Assembly (NCBI RefSeq): GCF_036321535.1
Contig: NC_087437.1
Coordinates: forward strand, 3,534,001-3,598,000
DNA: 64,000 bases
Source of the DNA: Camelus dromedarius
Taxonomy: Eukaryota
Reading direction: 5' to 3'
Part shown: positions 39,361 to 53,924 of the stretch, one piece after another
How the letters are laid out: the number at the start of each line of letters is the position of its first letter
How positions within the stretch are numbered: position 1 is the stretch's first letter
Made by a program: the position numbers and the translations under genes
The notes under the pieces: model-generated
What the model saw: only the letters and a program-made list of their open reading frames with translations
Database searches by the model: none
What the model was told of the DNA's origin: nothing

Positions 39361-42300
39361 CATCTTTTTATTTTGTTTATGGTTTTCTTTGCTGTGCAAA
39401 ATCTTTTAAGTTTAATTAGGTACCATTTGTTTATTTTTGCTTTATTTCTGTTGCCTTGGGAGACTGACCTAGGAGAACATTGATACAATTTATATCACAG
39501 AATGTTTTGCCTATGTTCTATTCTAGGAGATTTATGGTATCCTGTTTTATGTTTAAGTCTTTAAGCCATTTCAGTTTATTTTTGTGGAGGGTGTGAGGGA
39601 GTGTTCTAATTTCACTGATTTACATGCAGCTGTCCAACTTTCACAACACTACTTGCTGAAGAGAGTATCTTTTCTCCATTGTATATTCTTGCTTCCTTTG
39701 TCAAAGATTAATTGCCCATAAGTGTATGGGTTTATTTCTGGGCTCTCCATTCTGTTCTGTTGATCCATATGTCTGTTTTTGTGCTAATACCACACTGTTT
39801 TGATTACTGTGGCTCTGCAGTGTTGTTGGAAGTCTGGGAGGGTTATTCCTCCAGCTTCATTCTTTTTCTCCAGTATTGCTTTGGCAATTCTGGGTCTTTT
39901 GTGATTCCATAGAAATTTTAGGATTATTTGTTCTAGTTCTGTGAAAAATGTCCTGGGTAATTTGATAGGGAACACATTAAATCTGTAGATTGCTTGGGGG
40001 TAATATGGCCATTTTAACAATATTAATTTTTTCAATCCAAGATCATGGGATATCTTTCCATTTCATTGCATCATGTTTAATTTCTTTTATCAATGTTTTA
40101 TAGTTTTAACCATATAGGTCCTTCATTTTCTTGATTAGGTTTATTCCTAGGCATTTTTTTTGGATGTGATTTTAAAAGGGATTTTTTTTTAACTTTCTCT
40201 TTCTGATATTTCATTGTTGGTGTGAAGAAATGCAAGAGATTTCTGCATATTAATCTTGTATCCTGCTACTTTGCTGAATTCATTAGTTCTAGTTGTTTTT
40301 GTGTGGAGTCTGTAGGGTTTTCTATATAGAATATCAGGTCATTTGCATGTAATGACAATTTTACTTCTTCCCTCCTGATTTGGATCTTTTATTTCTTCTC
40401 CTTGTCTGACTGAGGTGGCCAGGACTTCCAAGACTACACTGAATAGACGTGGTGAAAGTGGGCATTCTTGTCTTGTCCCAGAATTTAGCAGGATGGCTTT
40501 CAGCTTTTCACTGTTAAGAATAATACTGGCTGTGGGTTTGTCATAAATGGCTTTTATTATGTTGGGATATATTCCCTCCATACCCACTTAGGTGCTAGTT
40601 TTTATCAAGAATGGATGTTGAATTTTATCAAATGCTTTTCCTGCGTATACTGAGGTGATCATGCGGTTTTTGTCTTTTCTTTTGTTGATGTAATGTATTG
40701 CATTGGTTGATTTTCGTATGTTGAACCATTCTTGAGGTCCTGGAAAAAAATCCAATGTGATCATAGGATATGATCCTTTCTATGTACTGTTGGAGTCAAT
40801 TTGCTAATACTTCGTTGAGGATTTTTGCATCTATATTCATCAAAGATATTGGTCTATAATTTTCTTTTTCTATAATGTCTTTTTCTGATTTTGGTTATCA
40901 GGGTGATGGTGGCTTCACAGAATGAGTTTGGGAGTGTTCCCTCCTGTTCGATCTTTTGGAATAGTTTGAGAAGGACTGGTATAAGTTCTTTGTATGTTTC
41001 GCAGAATTCCCCGGTGAAGCCTTCTGGTCCTGTACTTTCATTTGTAGGGAGATTTTTTTATTGCTATTTCGGTTTCATTTCTAGTGATTGGTTTGTTCAA
41101 GTGGTCAGTTTCTTCTTGATTCAGTCTTGGTGGACTGTATATTTCCAGAAACTTGTCCATCTCCTCTAGGTTATCCTGGACCTTCATTTGCAGGGAGTTT
41201 TGTTTTGTTTTTACTATAGATTCTATTTCACTTCTAGTGATTAGCTTGTTCAAATTATCTGTTTCTTCTTAACTCAGTTTTGGCAGGCTGTATGTTTCTA
41301 GAAATTTGTCCATTTCTTCTAGTTTGTCCAATTTGTTGTTATATAACTGTTCATAGTATGTTCTTATGATTTTTTTAAATTTCTGCAGTATTGCTAGTTA
41401 TTTCTCCTCTTTCATTTTTTTTTTCTTTTGAGTCCTCTCTCGTTTCTTCTTGGTGAGCCTGGCTAGAGGTTTGTCAATCTTGCTTATCCTTTCAAAAAAC
41501 TCGGTCTGATTTAACTGATTTTTTTCTATGTTTTTTGACCTCTATTTTATTTATTTCCTCTGTGATCTTAAGTATGTCCTTCCTTCTGCTGACTTTGGAT
41601 TTTATTTGTTCTTTTTCTCATTTTCTTAGGTGGTGGGTTAGGTTGCTTATTTGAGATTTTTCTTTTTTCTGAGGAAGGACTGTATTGCTATAAAATTCCC
41701 TCTTAGAACTGCTTTTTGCTGCATCCTCCAGATTTTGTAAGGTTATGTTTTCATTGTTGTTTGTCTCAAGGTATTTTCTGATTTCCTCTTTGATTTCATG
41801 GTTGAACCAGTGGTTTTTTAGTAGCATGTTGTTTAGTCTCTGTGATTTTTTCCCCCATTTTTCTTCCTGTGGTTGATTTCTAGTTTCATGACACTGAGGT
41901 CAAAAAAGATGCTTGAAATAATAAATTTGGTGAGGATGTTTTGTACCCTACTGTGTTGTCTATCCTAGAGAATGTTCCATGAGTGCTTGAAAAGAATGTG
42001 TATTCTGGTTTTTTTGGATGTAGTGTCCTGCAGATATCAATTAAGTCCAACTGTTCTACTGTGTCAGTTTGGATCTCTGTTGCCTTATTGATTTTCAGTC
42101 TGGAAGATCTGTCCATTATTGTCAGTGCAATGTTAAAGTCTCCTAATAGTATTGTATTCCTGACAATTTCTCCCTTTATGTCTGTTAGTATTTGTTTCAT
42201 TTATTTAGGTGCTCCTCCCTTGCTCATTTTTCTACTGGGTTATTTTTCCTTTTCTTATTGATTTATAAATTGAAACAGAAATAGACATATATCATGTATT

Positions 42301-43382
42301 TTTATATACTATAGATCATATACATAATAAGAACTAGAAAAATCTTCTTAATTTATTTCTCATTTGTCTTTTAATTTTATTTATTACATCTTTCACTATA
42401 TAGAAGTTTTTGTGTTTTTATATAGGCAAATCTGTATGTCTTTTATGCTTTCTGGTTTATTTCATAATTATCAGAAATTTCTTACTCCAAGATTATGAAA
42501 TTATTCTCTAATATTTTCTTCTTTGTTTAATGTTTTATACATTTAAAACTTTAATCCACTATAACTTACTTTTGTGGGTTGTATAAGGTAGGAATCTAAT
42601 TTTTTTCAAACTCATATACAATTGTTTCATGACCACTTATTTAAATATATTTTCTTTCTTCACTAAATAGACCAATGCCATTTTCATGTACTAAACTCAC
42701 ATATTTAGGCAAGTTTCTGGATTCTTTTGCTCTATTGATCCATCCTGTTATTGTTGCATCTCTCTGGGAAGTCTAAAGGACTGCCTATAAGGTTTTTGCA
42801 AAAACACTGAAGAGTTTTACATCACAGTAAAAACTAAATATTTTTATGGAAATATTCTACTTACTATTTATTATAAAGAAATAATCATTTCAACTTACAA
42901 AGAGCTTTCAAAATATTACTTCATGTAATAACCACCACATTCATATGAAATGTGTTCCCATTCATTCATTAAGCTAGTATTTACTAAGCATATTTTACAA
43001 GTCACTAACTGTGGTAGTTACTGGGTATAAAAATTAGCAAAACTGACAGTGCCCCTACTCTCATGAAGCTTAGAAGCCAAAAGAGTGGATAAAAATATAT
43101 ATATTTATATCTGTATATATGTGTATGCATCTAAATTTCCTATATACTCATATTTCATATAAACTTCATATTTATTTACACTTGTAGATATTATACATAT
43201 TACAACTGTTAAAGGTGCTATACATGAAAAGAACAGGATTCCAGATCAGCTCACTATACAACTCCAGAGAGCACCATGCACATCATAGTCTTTGGGGATC
43301 CCTGATGTTATGCCTTGCACAGAGGCACAGCTGTATGTAGCAGTCTTTGGGTGCTAATATAAGTGAGAATAACACATGGGAT

Positions 43383-44294
43383 TGCATAGGAAAAACTCAC
43401 TTCCCTTGTGTTTCTCCTTTACTACTCACACAGAACACTTCTGAGACTTCTGGTCACCAAATGTATGGCAGGTTTTTTCCCACCAAGCAATTCTGTGACA
43501 CCAGTTGGGCATCCTACACTTTAACTCAATTCTGATACTATTTACCTGGAAACAACATCAGATCTCACAGGTTAAGGGTTCAGTCCCACAGGATTGCTTG
43601 ATCCCATCCCCACTCACTTCAGATGCCAAGCATAAGTGCATGTCATCACCTGTACATCTGACCAAGCAGTTATAAATCTGAGTTCCCTTGACTCCCTCCT
43701 TAGGTTCAATAATTCGCTAAATTGGTTCTCAGAACTTAGGGAAACATTTACTTACATGTACCAGTTTATTATAAAAGGATGTGATAAAGGGCACAGATGA
43801 ACAACCAGATGGAAGAGATTGTAGGGCAAGGAATGTGGGAAGCGGGTAGAACTTCCATACCTCTCTGGATGCCCAAATCTCCCAGCACCAACTTGGAACA
43901 TCTCCAAACCCCATACTTTTGGGATTTCTATGGAGGCTTCAACACATAAGCATAACTGATCTCATTAGCTCTATTTCCAGCCCCACTTCCCTCTCTGGAG
44001 AATGGTGGCAGGGCTGAAAGCTCTGAGCTTCTAACCAAGGCTTGTTCTTCCTGGTGACCATCTCCACCCAGGAGCCCACCCAGAGTCACCTCATTAGAAC
44101 AAAAGACATTTCTGTCCCCCAGGGAATACCCAGGGATTTGGGAGCTCAGTGTCCGGAACCAGGCAAATATTAGAGCAAATATTAGAATGAAAGATGCTGT
44201 TAGCGCTTGTATCACTCAGGAAGTTCCAAGGCTGTCAGGAGTGCTGTGCCAGGAACCGTGGGCAGAGGTCAGCGTACATATTCTATTCTCTCAC
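43383..44294 (-). mobile_element. MER21-like LTR
   Basis: acagaacacttctg...ggtcaccaaatgt...caagcaattctg...aactcaattctgatactatttacctgga...cagatctcacaggttaagggttcagtcccaca. Confidence 0.8.
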
Positions 44295-45195
44295 AGGAGC
44301 TAATTTACACCTGTGGCTCAGGGGAGGATTCTCTGAGAATATGACATTTAAATAAAGGCCTGATGGAAGAATAGGCAAGAGCCAAGTACACCATGAGAAA
44401 ACACTTCGTGGCTTCCAGGAGAAACATCAAGTGCAAAGGCTCTGAGGTGAGAATGATGTGGGCGCACCCAGAAACCAAGAAGATGGCCAGGGCAGCTGGA
44501 CTAGCAACAGGGTGGCTGACCATCCCGCGTTCAGGGCTAAGGTCGAGAGAGGCCCAGGCCACCTGGGATGGTGGGTCACCCTAACAGGAGTGAGATGGGG
44601 TGTGACCCTGGTGAGGCTGGGGGAAGCGGGAAAGAAGTAAGCAGGGGCCCCTAGGCCATGCGAAAGATTCCTATTTTGTACAGAAACACAATAGGAAGCC
44701 GTAGGAGGGTTTAAGCAAGCCATGACAAACTGACAGACACTTTCAGAAGAGCATCTGGGCAGCCACGCAGAACGCGCTTCAGTAGCGGAAGCCGCACGGG
44801 AGGAAGCATGGCACTTCCGGTGAGGTGCGGCTGCGAACACCTGGCAGCTGCAGGGCTGCCGGTAATGGAGCCCCGTGCCCCATGTTACAGACGACAGTGC
44901 TGAGACTTGGTAAAGCTAGCGACTCGTCTCCTGTCACCCAGCTGGCGGGGGAAGGCTGGACTCAACCTCAGGTCTTCTTACTCTGTATCTCCCAATTTCT
45001 CACCCTACTATGCACCCTCCCTGATCTATGTTTATCATGTAAAAACAAAGTTGAGAGGATGCATCCATTTGCATGATCCTAGGTAGGATGAAAATTTCTT
45101 AGAGAAATAAAAAAGGAAGATATATTCTGCATTTTATAAATCATTGTGGCCTCTCCTATGTAATCAATTATACAGCTCAACTTAAAACACCAGCA

Positions 45196-45286
45196 AGCTC
45201 AGTGGAACAGAGCGTGCTTAGCATGCATGAGCTCCTGGGTTCAATCCTCAGTACCTTCCTTTAAAAAACACACACACACACACACA
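45196..45286 (+). mobile_element. tRNA-derived SINE (vic-1-like) with A/(CA)n tail
   Basis: agctcagtgg..agagcgtgcttagcatgcatgagctcctgggttcaatcctcagtacc. Confidence 0.8.
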
Positions 45287-46519
45287 AGCAAAATTCACAG
45301 TTAAAATGGTGTGACAATTATTACCAAAATATTTAACTAGAAAAGATAATTTATTACAAGTTTTACAATGTAAATAGCCTAAGTATTGTATTGTTTCACT
45401 CAATAAAATGAAAATGATTATTTTAAACATGAGGAGGAGGAAATGATCAGTGTTACACTGAGAAAATACTATGCATTTCTGACTTAGATTCTGAATTAAT
45501 AGGATCCTATTGAAAAGCCCCAAGAAAACCTATAGGACCTAATAAATCTTGACAATGGATGAGGTGAATATGTAGAAATACAAATCTGGGCCCAGCAGTG
45601 CTTCTGCTGTATATTCAACTAGAAAACTAGAACTGTGTTCATCCTGTCAGTACATTAAGTACCTTTGTCAAATGCACCTAAGTTTTCACAGGCCATTCAA
45701 GTAAAATTAATTTTATATCTTCCCAAGAGAAAATAAAACAAAATAGGATTTTATTCATTTAAGAATATAACCAGATAAACTAAAACAGAGACAGCTATAT
45801 GAGTAATTTATCAGTGCTGACATAGAAAAATCCATCAGAAGGTCTGCTCTGAAATCCCATGTCACCAGGGAAAGGGCACATTTCACTGTCACCACGCCTC
45901 CCAGTGTTGGAGGTTTTATCTCCAGGACTGTGAAAGCTGGACCCAACCTGCTCTAAAGCACTGACTGCATTTGCTGATGCTATGGCTCTCAAAGGGCTAT
46001 TTTTCTGAAAAGTTGAAGAGTAACACAAAATAATTAATCAGACAATTTGCATCATATTTGGGATTCCTCAGTGATGGAAAACTGCTTGCCTAGGGGGCTG
46101 GGTGCCTGGGTTAGAGACCCACAGCCTCTCTGCAGGAAGGAGGCAACAGAGCAAGCGCCTGCAGCACACAGCTGGCCCCAAGGGGGCCCTCAGGACAGCG
46201 GCAAGATCCTGCATCCACTCACACACGGAGGGATGCCCACTGAAGCATAAAAGTGCACCCCCTCAGTAGGACCATTACAATAACACTGCAACATTATTTC
46301 TGCTTATTAATGACTTCACACCCATGCAATTCAAATAGAGTAGGGCTTTTACCTTAGAGCACCCTGTTCAGGAAAGGGGCTCCTGCTGCTTCATTATCTT
46401 TTTTTCTAGTTTATTAAAAATTTATTTAACAGGGCAGTACAAATGGAGAAATTATTCATGATATCTAGGAATATTTAATGCTGGCTTTTTCAGTGTCTCC
46501 CTTGATGCCTAGATGAGTT

Positions 46520-48010
46520 CAGTCCTCGCAGAGTGGTCCAGGGACCCTGGGAGTCCCTGAGACCTTTTCAAGGGACTCCAAGATGTAAACTAATGTCTTA
46601 ACAATACCAAGATGTTATGTCCCTTTTCCACTCTCATCTGGATGCTCATGAAGCTGTGTGGCGCTTTCCAGACACAAGATAACATGCAGCATCACAGTGG
46701 TCTAAATGCAAAGCAGAGGTGAGAACCCAGCTGCCATCTACCAAGCCAATTACCTTTTAAAAACTGTAAATAATGTAAAGCAATTTCTCCCTTCTCAATA
46801 AATTTTTTTTAATTTTGGGAAATACAGTTAATTTTCATAATACGTGACAGTATCGATAAACCTTGAGGACATTATGCTAAGTGAGACAAGCCAGTCCCAG
46901 GAGGACAAGCCTTGTGTGATTCCATTTATCTGAGGTTTCTAAAACACTCAAGTTACAAATACCATATGATATCACTTACATATGGAATCTAAAAAAAGAC
47001 AAATGAACTTATTTACAAAATAGAAACAGACTCACATAGAAAACAAACTCATGGTTACTGGGGGCGGGGGGGAAGAGGTGGGAAAGGATAAACTGGAAGT
47101 TCAAGATTAGAAGATACTACCTACTATATATAAAATAGATAAACAACAAGGTCCTACTGTACAGCAAAGGGAACTATATTCACTATCTTGTAGTAGCCTA
47201 TAATGAAAAAGAATATGAAAAGGAATATATGTATGTACATGGATGGCTGAACTATTATGCTGTACACCAGACACTGAAACAACATTGTAAACTAACCATA
47301 CTTCAATGAAAAAAATTTAAATAAAATAAAAAAATAAAATAAACTACTTAAGTTCACAGAATCCAAGAATGGAATGGTGGTCGCCAAGAGCTGGGGGAGG
47401 AGGAACTGGGGAGCATTAGTGGGCACCAAGTTTCAGTTCAGCAGGACCAGTAAGTTCTGGAGACCTGCCGCGTAACATTACCCGTAATCAACAACACCAC
47501 ACTGCACACTGAAGATGTCCTAAGAGCGTGGATCTCCTGGGAAGAGTTCTTCCCACAATAAGATAAAATTTAAAGAATAAAAATTAAATGGCAGAAACAC
47601 TAATAAACAAACAAATCAATAAATAAAATCAAGGAGGGAGTATGTGTCCTACCAAATAAACACATTGTGAGAATCATAACAATTTTTTAGTGAGGAAATC
47701 AAGCCCAGTCATAATGTAAATACACAAACAGGAATTTGATGTACAAAACTGGTGTATATTTCCATTATATGTGAAGAAATAATCACTTATGAAACCAAAA
47801 AATAATTTTAAGAATAAATATGCTATTTCTGTTAACATGCAACAGGTTTATTACTATTATTTTTAAATGGCTATTGTTTAAATGCTCAGTTTTACCCTGT
47901 GATACACTATGTATCTGTCATTATAACCACATAAACAAAAGCTCTCTGGTGTCCTGAATACTTTTTAAGAGTGTAAAGGTGTTTTAAGACAAAAGGTCTG
48001 AAAGCTGCTA
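46520..48010. mobile_element. hAT-Charlie relic interrupted by plus-strand L1 3' ends (about 46850-47590, with a younger piece nested at about 46955-47340)
   Basis: gtggtccagggaccctgggagtccctgagaccttttca left end and ttaagagtgtaaagg...ctgaaagctgct right end; L1 3' UTR motifs between. Confidence 0.6.
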
Positions 48011-48574
48011 GCCTGGGGTTCATTCAGTAGCTGGCTCCGGGCTGTGTCTGCCCTTGTGTACGTCATCATTGAGAACAAACTCCCAAATGGGGTGGGAAGA
48101 ACACGGGCGCTGAGTCAGTCACAGCTAAGGTCAAATTCTGCTTTTGCTACTACTGGCTGTGTGACTTCATGTGAGCCATTTAACCTCTCTGAACCTTAGT
48201 GGTCTCATCTCAAATGGGGGTGATACTCTCAAACTGTTTTCCCCAAGATACTTGTCAATTACAAAAGGAAAAAAAAATGGTATGTCTCCAAGGGAGACAC
48301 CACCCTCTGCAACCGTCCTCTGTCTCAACGAGCAGCGAGTCCATTCTTCCAAGAGCTCAGGCCGGAAACCTTGGTGTCACCCCCCACCCCACTCTTACTC
48401 TCATTCCACCTCCACTTGTGTTGGAAATCCTGTCTGCAACAGCTGCAAAATGATGTCCAGAACTCACCCAATTCTAACCAGCACCCCCCCAACCCTGGCC
48501 CAAGTTACCCTGTTTCTCTCCTGGTCTCCCAACCTCGGCGCACTCTCAACACAGCAGTTAGAAGAAATCTGTTA

Positions 48575-48795
48575 ACATTACTATATATAAAATAGATAAA
48601 AAAAACACCTACTATAGAGCCACAGGGAAATGTTCAATTTCTTGAAATAAGCTGTAATGGAAAAGAATTGGAAAAAATATATACATATATGTATGTATAT
48701 GTATAACTGAATCACTTTGCTGTACACTTGAAACTAACACTGTAAATCAACTTCACTTCAATAAAAAATAAGAATTTAAACATTTTTTAAAAAAG
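48575..48795 (+). mobile_element. L1 3' end fragment
   Basis: ctatatataaaatagataaa...ataactgaatcactttgctgtacac...cttcaataaaaaa. Confidence 0.8.
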
Positions 48796-49525
48796 AATCC
48801 CATTAAAACATGTGAGAGTTCCTGCCACTGCTCTGCGAACAACCCCTCAATGCCCGGCCCCGTGACTCAGGTAAGAGTCAAGGATTTCCTCCACCTCCTC
48901 CAAGGTCCTGCACGATCACGCCCCCTGCAGCCGGACTTCAGCCCCTCTGTCCTCCTCCCCCACCTCCCTCCAGCCCCCCGCCCGCAGCTCCCTGAACTTG
49001 CCGGGCACACTCCTATCTGAAGACGTGGCACTCGATGCCCCCACCTGGAACACTCACGCCCAAGACACCAAATGGCTCACTCATTTGCTTTCTTCTAGTC
49101 TTTGTTCAAAACTCAACATTTTGTCCCATCTAAAATTTCCACCCTTCCCTGAAGCGTCAGCTCCCACTTCGTGCGCTGTTTGTTCTCTCGAGCACTTATC
49201 AGGCTCCCACATGCTGTTGGTTTTACACGTTTATCTGATTTACTGCCCATCCCCTCTGTTGAATACCGGCCCCCAAGAGGCAACAGCATCAACGGCACCC
49301 ATGAGGCACAAAGGTGCCGGCGTGGGGGTCCCAACAGCAACGGGAGGGATTCCAGGGTTCCTGAGAGGAAGCCCAGAAAGATGGGGGAAAGTCGTTTTGA
49401 AGAGATTTCTACAGAACCAGACAAGGCACCAGCTTTTAAAGCTCAGAGAGGCAAAATGCCACTTGAGAAGACAAAGTCTTTTATAATAAATCTTTCAGAG
49501 GAAAAGAAGCACTGCTGGCTATTTT

Positions 49526-49599
49526 TTCCCTTTTTTTAAAAAATTGAAGTGTAGTCAGTTCACAATGTTTTGTCAGTTTCTGGTGTACAGCACAGTGCT
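49526..49599 (-). mobile_element. 74-bp L1 3' end with 14-bp TSD
   Basis: ctgctggctatttt at 49512-49525 and 49600-49613 flanks ...aaattgaagtgtagtcagttcacaatg... Confidence 0.85.
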
Positions 49600-52500
49600 C
49601 TGCTGGCTATTTTGTGACCACTGTAAGAAACATAAATTTCAGTCACATGGATACTGCGTAGGCCACACAAGCGTCCTGGACACGGCGACTCATGAGGCTC
49701 CAGACTATGGGATAAGCAGACCGCCACCCACTAGCCCAGAAGCAGCGGCTCCCACGCGCACTGGCACCCCCGGCCGGCTGTCTCCCGGTCCCACTGTCCG
49801 GCCTCTCTCTGCCCATCAAGGCCTCGTGAACCCAGGTTTGGGTGCCTTGCTCCGCAGATGTCACTATTGACTTAACTACTTCACCCGACCCTTCAGCTCT
49901 CATTCATTCTATTTTTCTTTAGTCTCGGGTAACCTGCTGCTTAGAACACTCCTGACTCATTAGTATGACCCACTGGTTTCCAGTAAGCGCAGTCTGTGCC
50001 CTCCACTGGCTGGGGGAACTGTTATTAGATAAAGTCTGAAAGGCTTCTTTCTGGGGCCTTCATGTGCCGTGCGTTTGGCCTGAGGCGGTGTAATGGGCCC
50101 TCAGCCCTGGGCCCTGATACGATCTGGAGGGAGGACTGTCACCAAACACCTGTGGTAACTTCTATTTACTGGAAAGCTGTCACAGCACAGAGGACAAACT
50201 CTGGGGTGAAGAGTTACGGAATTGGGGCTGGGTCCCAGTTCAACGAGACCCCTTCCATCTTTACCTCTCTGCACCTCAAGGTCCTTACCTACAAAAAATT
50301 CGTTCATATGTGTTGTCAGTGTTTGAGAAATTCAGCATACTCATCCCTCTTCCCAAGTAAGAACTAGAAAATGTGGAAAATAGGATTTTTTTGTGAGCTT
50401 GATTTTTAGAGACTTGAAATATAAGATCAACATTTAATATTTGTAGTGATTACTGAAACAGGCTTCTCACCAGAATTACCTGTGGCACTTAAAAAAAAAT
50501 TAGGTGCACAGATTCTACCCTATGGCAGTGCTGCCCAATGGGACTTTCTGCGATGATGGAATGTTCTAGAAGTGCACTGTCCAACATGGTAACCGCTAAC
50601 CTCATGTGACTCTTCAAGCACCCCATTCCCTCCCCTCTAGTTTTATTGAGATACAATAGACAGAATATATGAGTTTAAGCATTTAAAATGTGACTAATGT
50701 GACTGAGGAAAAGACTGAAAATTTTAATTTAATTTTAATTAATTAAAATTAAAATTTAAATAACTGCATGGGCTGGTGGTTGTCAAAGTGGACAGCACAG
50801 TTCTGGGCATATTCTTCTCAGCATGTGCTCCTCAAACCAGCAGCCGCAGGGCCAGCAGGGAACTCGCTAGAAATGCAGACTCTGGGGCCCATCCCAGACC
50901 CCTGACTTGGAAGCTTGGGGTGCGGCTCCATCTGCGCGGGCCGCTGAGGGTCTAACGCCTGGCTCCTGGCCAGAGGGACGTGCTGACTAGCAGCACCTGC
51001 CGGCTCCCCTGGTGTAAGCCCCCACCACGGCTGAGTCCAAGCTGTCACTGAACCCGAGATTGGCAGGGGAGGCCAGCAATCTGCGTGTGAGCCGGCTCCG
51101 TGGGGGCTCAGCTGTCCAGCACGGTCTGGGAACCCCTGGGGGAGGCCTTCTACACCAGAGATCGCGGTGCTTGCATTCTAAACTTGCCATGAGGGGTTTT
51201 GCTGAGCTGCCCACCAGGAAAACCTGGACTCAAAACACACAGAAGCAAGGTGTCTGCGAGGAGCCTGGTGCCTCTCGGCCTCCTGTGTGCGAGGGAGCCC
51301 GACTCACACTGTGAGAACCGCTGCCTCCAGTGTGGACAGGCCTGGGCCTCGGGCCCTCAGATGCAGGGTCATATCTGCCCCCCCTTCCCTTGCGGGGGCC
51401 CCTCCCAACCGCCCACCCTCTGACCAGGTGAACCTCGTCACAGACCCGAGCGGCAAGCCTCCCTGGCCCTCTAACCACAACCCCTGCTGCGCTCACCCAC
51501 TCAGGGAGAGGGCTGAGGGTTATACTGTTATCAGGACGACCCAGAATTTTTATTTTAAGAACATTTCGGAAAATTTCTGAAGACACCTTATAGTTGTTTA
51601 CAACATACAATAGTCAAAACCACTGTTTTGAATAAGCCACTGTGTCACTTCTAGGACACACACGCCCTCCTTGAAGATAAATATGGCCTGCTTGGCTCAG
51701 CAGATTTGTAGTAAGAATCAAATGACTTGGCCATGCAGAGAGTCGTATCTGGATATTCTAACTCCAGGCACAGCCTGAGGGAGGCGGGCTCGTTCACTGA
51801 TGTGAGATGAGCAGACTCTCCCCTATCCCGGGAATCTCTGCTGTGGCACAGCAGCCTGCTGAAATGCGTTCATATTCGGACTAAAGGAGAAAATAACAGG
51901 AAGAATTCAGAGCAACTTGTCCAAAACCAGGCAGTCACTGCACATACAGCCTGCAGGGTAGAGTACAGAATCAATCCCTGTGATTTAGAAAAACTCCCTG
52001 ATTTCATTACAAACCCAGAGCAGAGTTCTATTAAAGTAACTACATGCACCACCTGAATGTTTCCACTGCAAAACTCATAGTCATGCCTACCAAGCTCTTT
52101 GGTTTAATCTACAGAGTTTGGCCCAAATCCCAGGTGAGACTAGAGTGGAAACACTAATGTATATTTCTGCCTTATTATCTCCTTGGCACAAAATACATTT
52201 ACATTTATAATGTATTTAGAGAAAAGAGCTGGACATTTTAGGCTCAGGATGGCTGGCAAAAGAGCATCTTTTGAAGCAAGAACTTAGTCCCAGGTTCTGC
52301 TTCTGGGAATAACCATGGCACCTCCGACCCATGAACAGGAACGAACACAGGTCTGCAGAGACTTGGCTTTGGTTCTGGGAGTCTTGACAAAGATGATTTT
52401 CCTTGGTGCTAAACTAACTGGCCCAGATGGACGTAATTAAGACCATGATTTGACAGGGGGAACTAACCAGCCTGAGTGATTTTGTATTTCCCACAAATAC

Positions 52501-53059
52501 AAAAACTACAGCAAATAAAAGTACTGTATTCCAAATCATATTTAATTCATACAGTGAAGGTGCTTGTAAACTATAATCAGGTCTCTGGAGTGGTTAAAAA
52601 CTGAAATATTATCTCACCCCCAATTTCAAAGGTTTTAAGTGGAACTTGAGAAAATATTGCAACTGGCTTTGACATATTTTTTCAGTAAGAGATTGATATG
52701 TGCTTTCTATGTTTCATGAACTTTTTGTGTACCATCTAATTTACTCCTCACTTAGCCCCTGAAGAGTGGGTATTATTATTATTATCCCCATTATGCAGAT
52801 GAGAAAACTGAGGCTTGGGAATGTTAATTTTTTTCTGCCCAAGTTCACACGGCTGTCACACAGTGGCAGAAGTGGGGAAGAGATAGTCTGGCTCCAAACC
52901 TCTCTCATGTACACCAGTGGTTTCTAGTCTAGCAGATTTTTGTGACATGTCTATAGTTATTCCAGCAGTTTCAGCCATTCTTACTTTGATACTGCAGATA
53001 AGGTTACTCAAAGTTAGAGAAAAGTATTCAATTCTAGGCCAGTTTGTGCACACTATTTT

Positions 53060-53495
53060 TTCATTTTGGGCACATGGATGACTCAGGTGACCTACTGCGG
53101 CGCCTGTGGAGGGCGCCTCTCAGACCTCCTGCCCAAAACCTGCCGAGGAGACTGCGGCATCCTGGACCTGCTGAGCACTGGAGCTGTCAGGGGCAGTAGG
53201 GCGCAACCATTCTGCCCGACGGAAGATTCCTCTGTGGGAAACCTCTCATCTAGAAACCACCTGGAGCCGGCGGAGAAGTTCAGTGAAGCCTGAGGCTCTC
53301 CCTACACTCTGCTTCCTTCCTGCTCCTTCCTGACACCTTTCACAGTGTCAGACACACGTCACAGTCCGGAGACCCTCTCTGCCTGCTCCTGACCCCATGC
53401 CCACTTTCCTTTCAACAGACCTTGCCCTCGATATGTCTTCTGTACTTCAAACTCCGCGTCAGTGTCCGCTTCCAGGGGACCCAGCCAAAAGAACC
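53060..53495 (+). mobile_element. Old ERVL (LTR16-like) LTR; similar relics near 34000-34330 and 59640-60210
   Basis: U5-like end tcttctgtacttcaaactccgcgtcagtgtccgcttccaggggaccc. Confidence 0.5.
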
Positions 53496-53715
53496 AAGAA
53501 AACCCACCAATCAGCACTTGCTCATGCTGTCACACGTGAGGTGCTGCCATGGGCTCCATGGGGGAGACACGAAGGAGACCATGCACCTGGAACACAGGCT
53601 CCCCTTCACAAAGCCCCTCGTTCCCACTGTGGGGCACACTCAGCGGTCATGGAAAGAGCCTGAGGATTAGCTTAGGGTGATACTTAGATGAGTATTTATT
53701 AAATGAAATACTCAC

Positions 53716-53924
53716 CTATTGTTACTGCAGAAGAAGAAACCACATTTTTGCAGTGCTGGTGGCTTACATAAGAGACTGTTTAAATGTGGGAGTATCTGTA
53801 AAGAGTGAGGCAAAGGCTAGGCCACTCAGCATGCCTGGAGGATTTCTATCCCCAGCTCTCTGAAATTCCTCCTTTAATTTTCATCTTTCTGGTGTCCACC
53901 TGGCAACATTAGATTACAACCTCC
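53716..53924 (-). other. NEK11: Candidate alternative, stop-containing exon orthologous to the human NEK11C-specific exon
   Basis: 53923-53874 read in phase 1 gives GGCNLMLPGGHQKDEN*, same length and C-N-L/K-x-E pattern as the recalled human isoform tail GDCNLISLDEYWKNEK*; AG|GTGAGT donor at 53716/53715; AATAAA at 53700-53695. Confidence 0.55.

Noticed and set aside
50718..50762. AT-rich palindrome
   Set aside because: Normal centre of a MER3-type MITE
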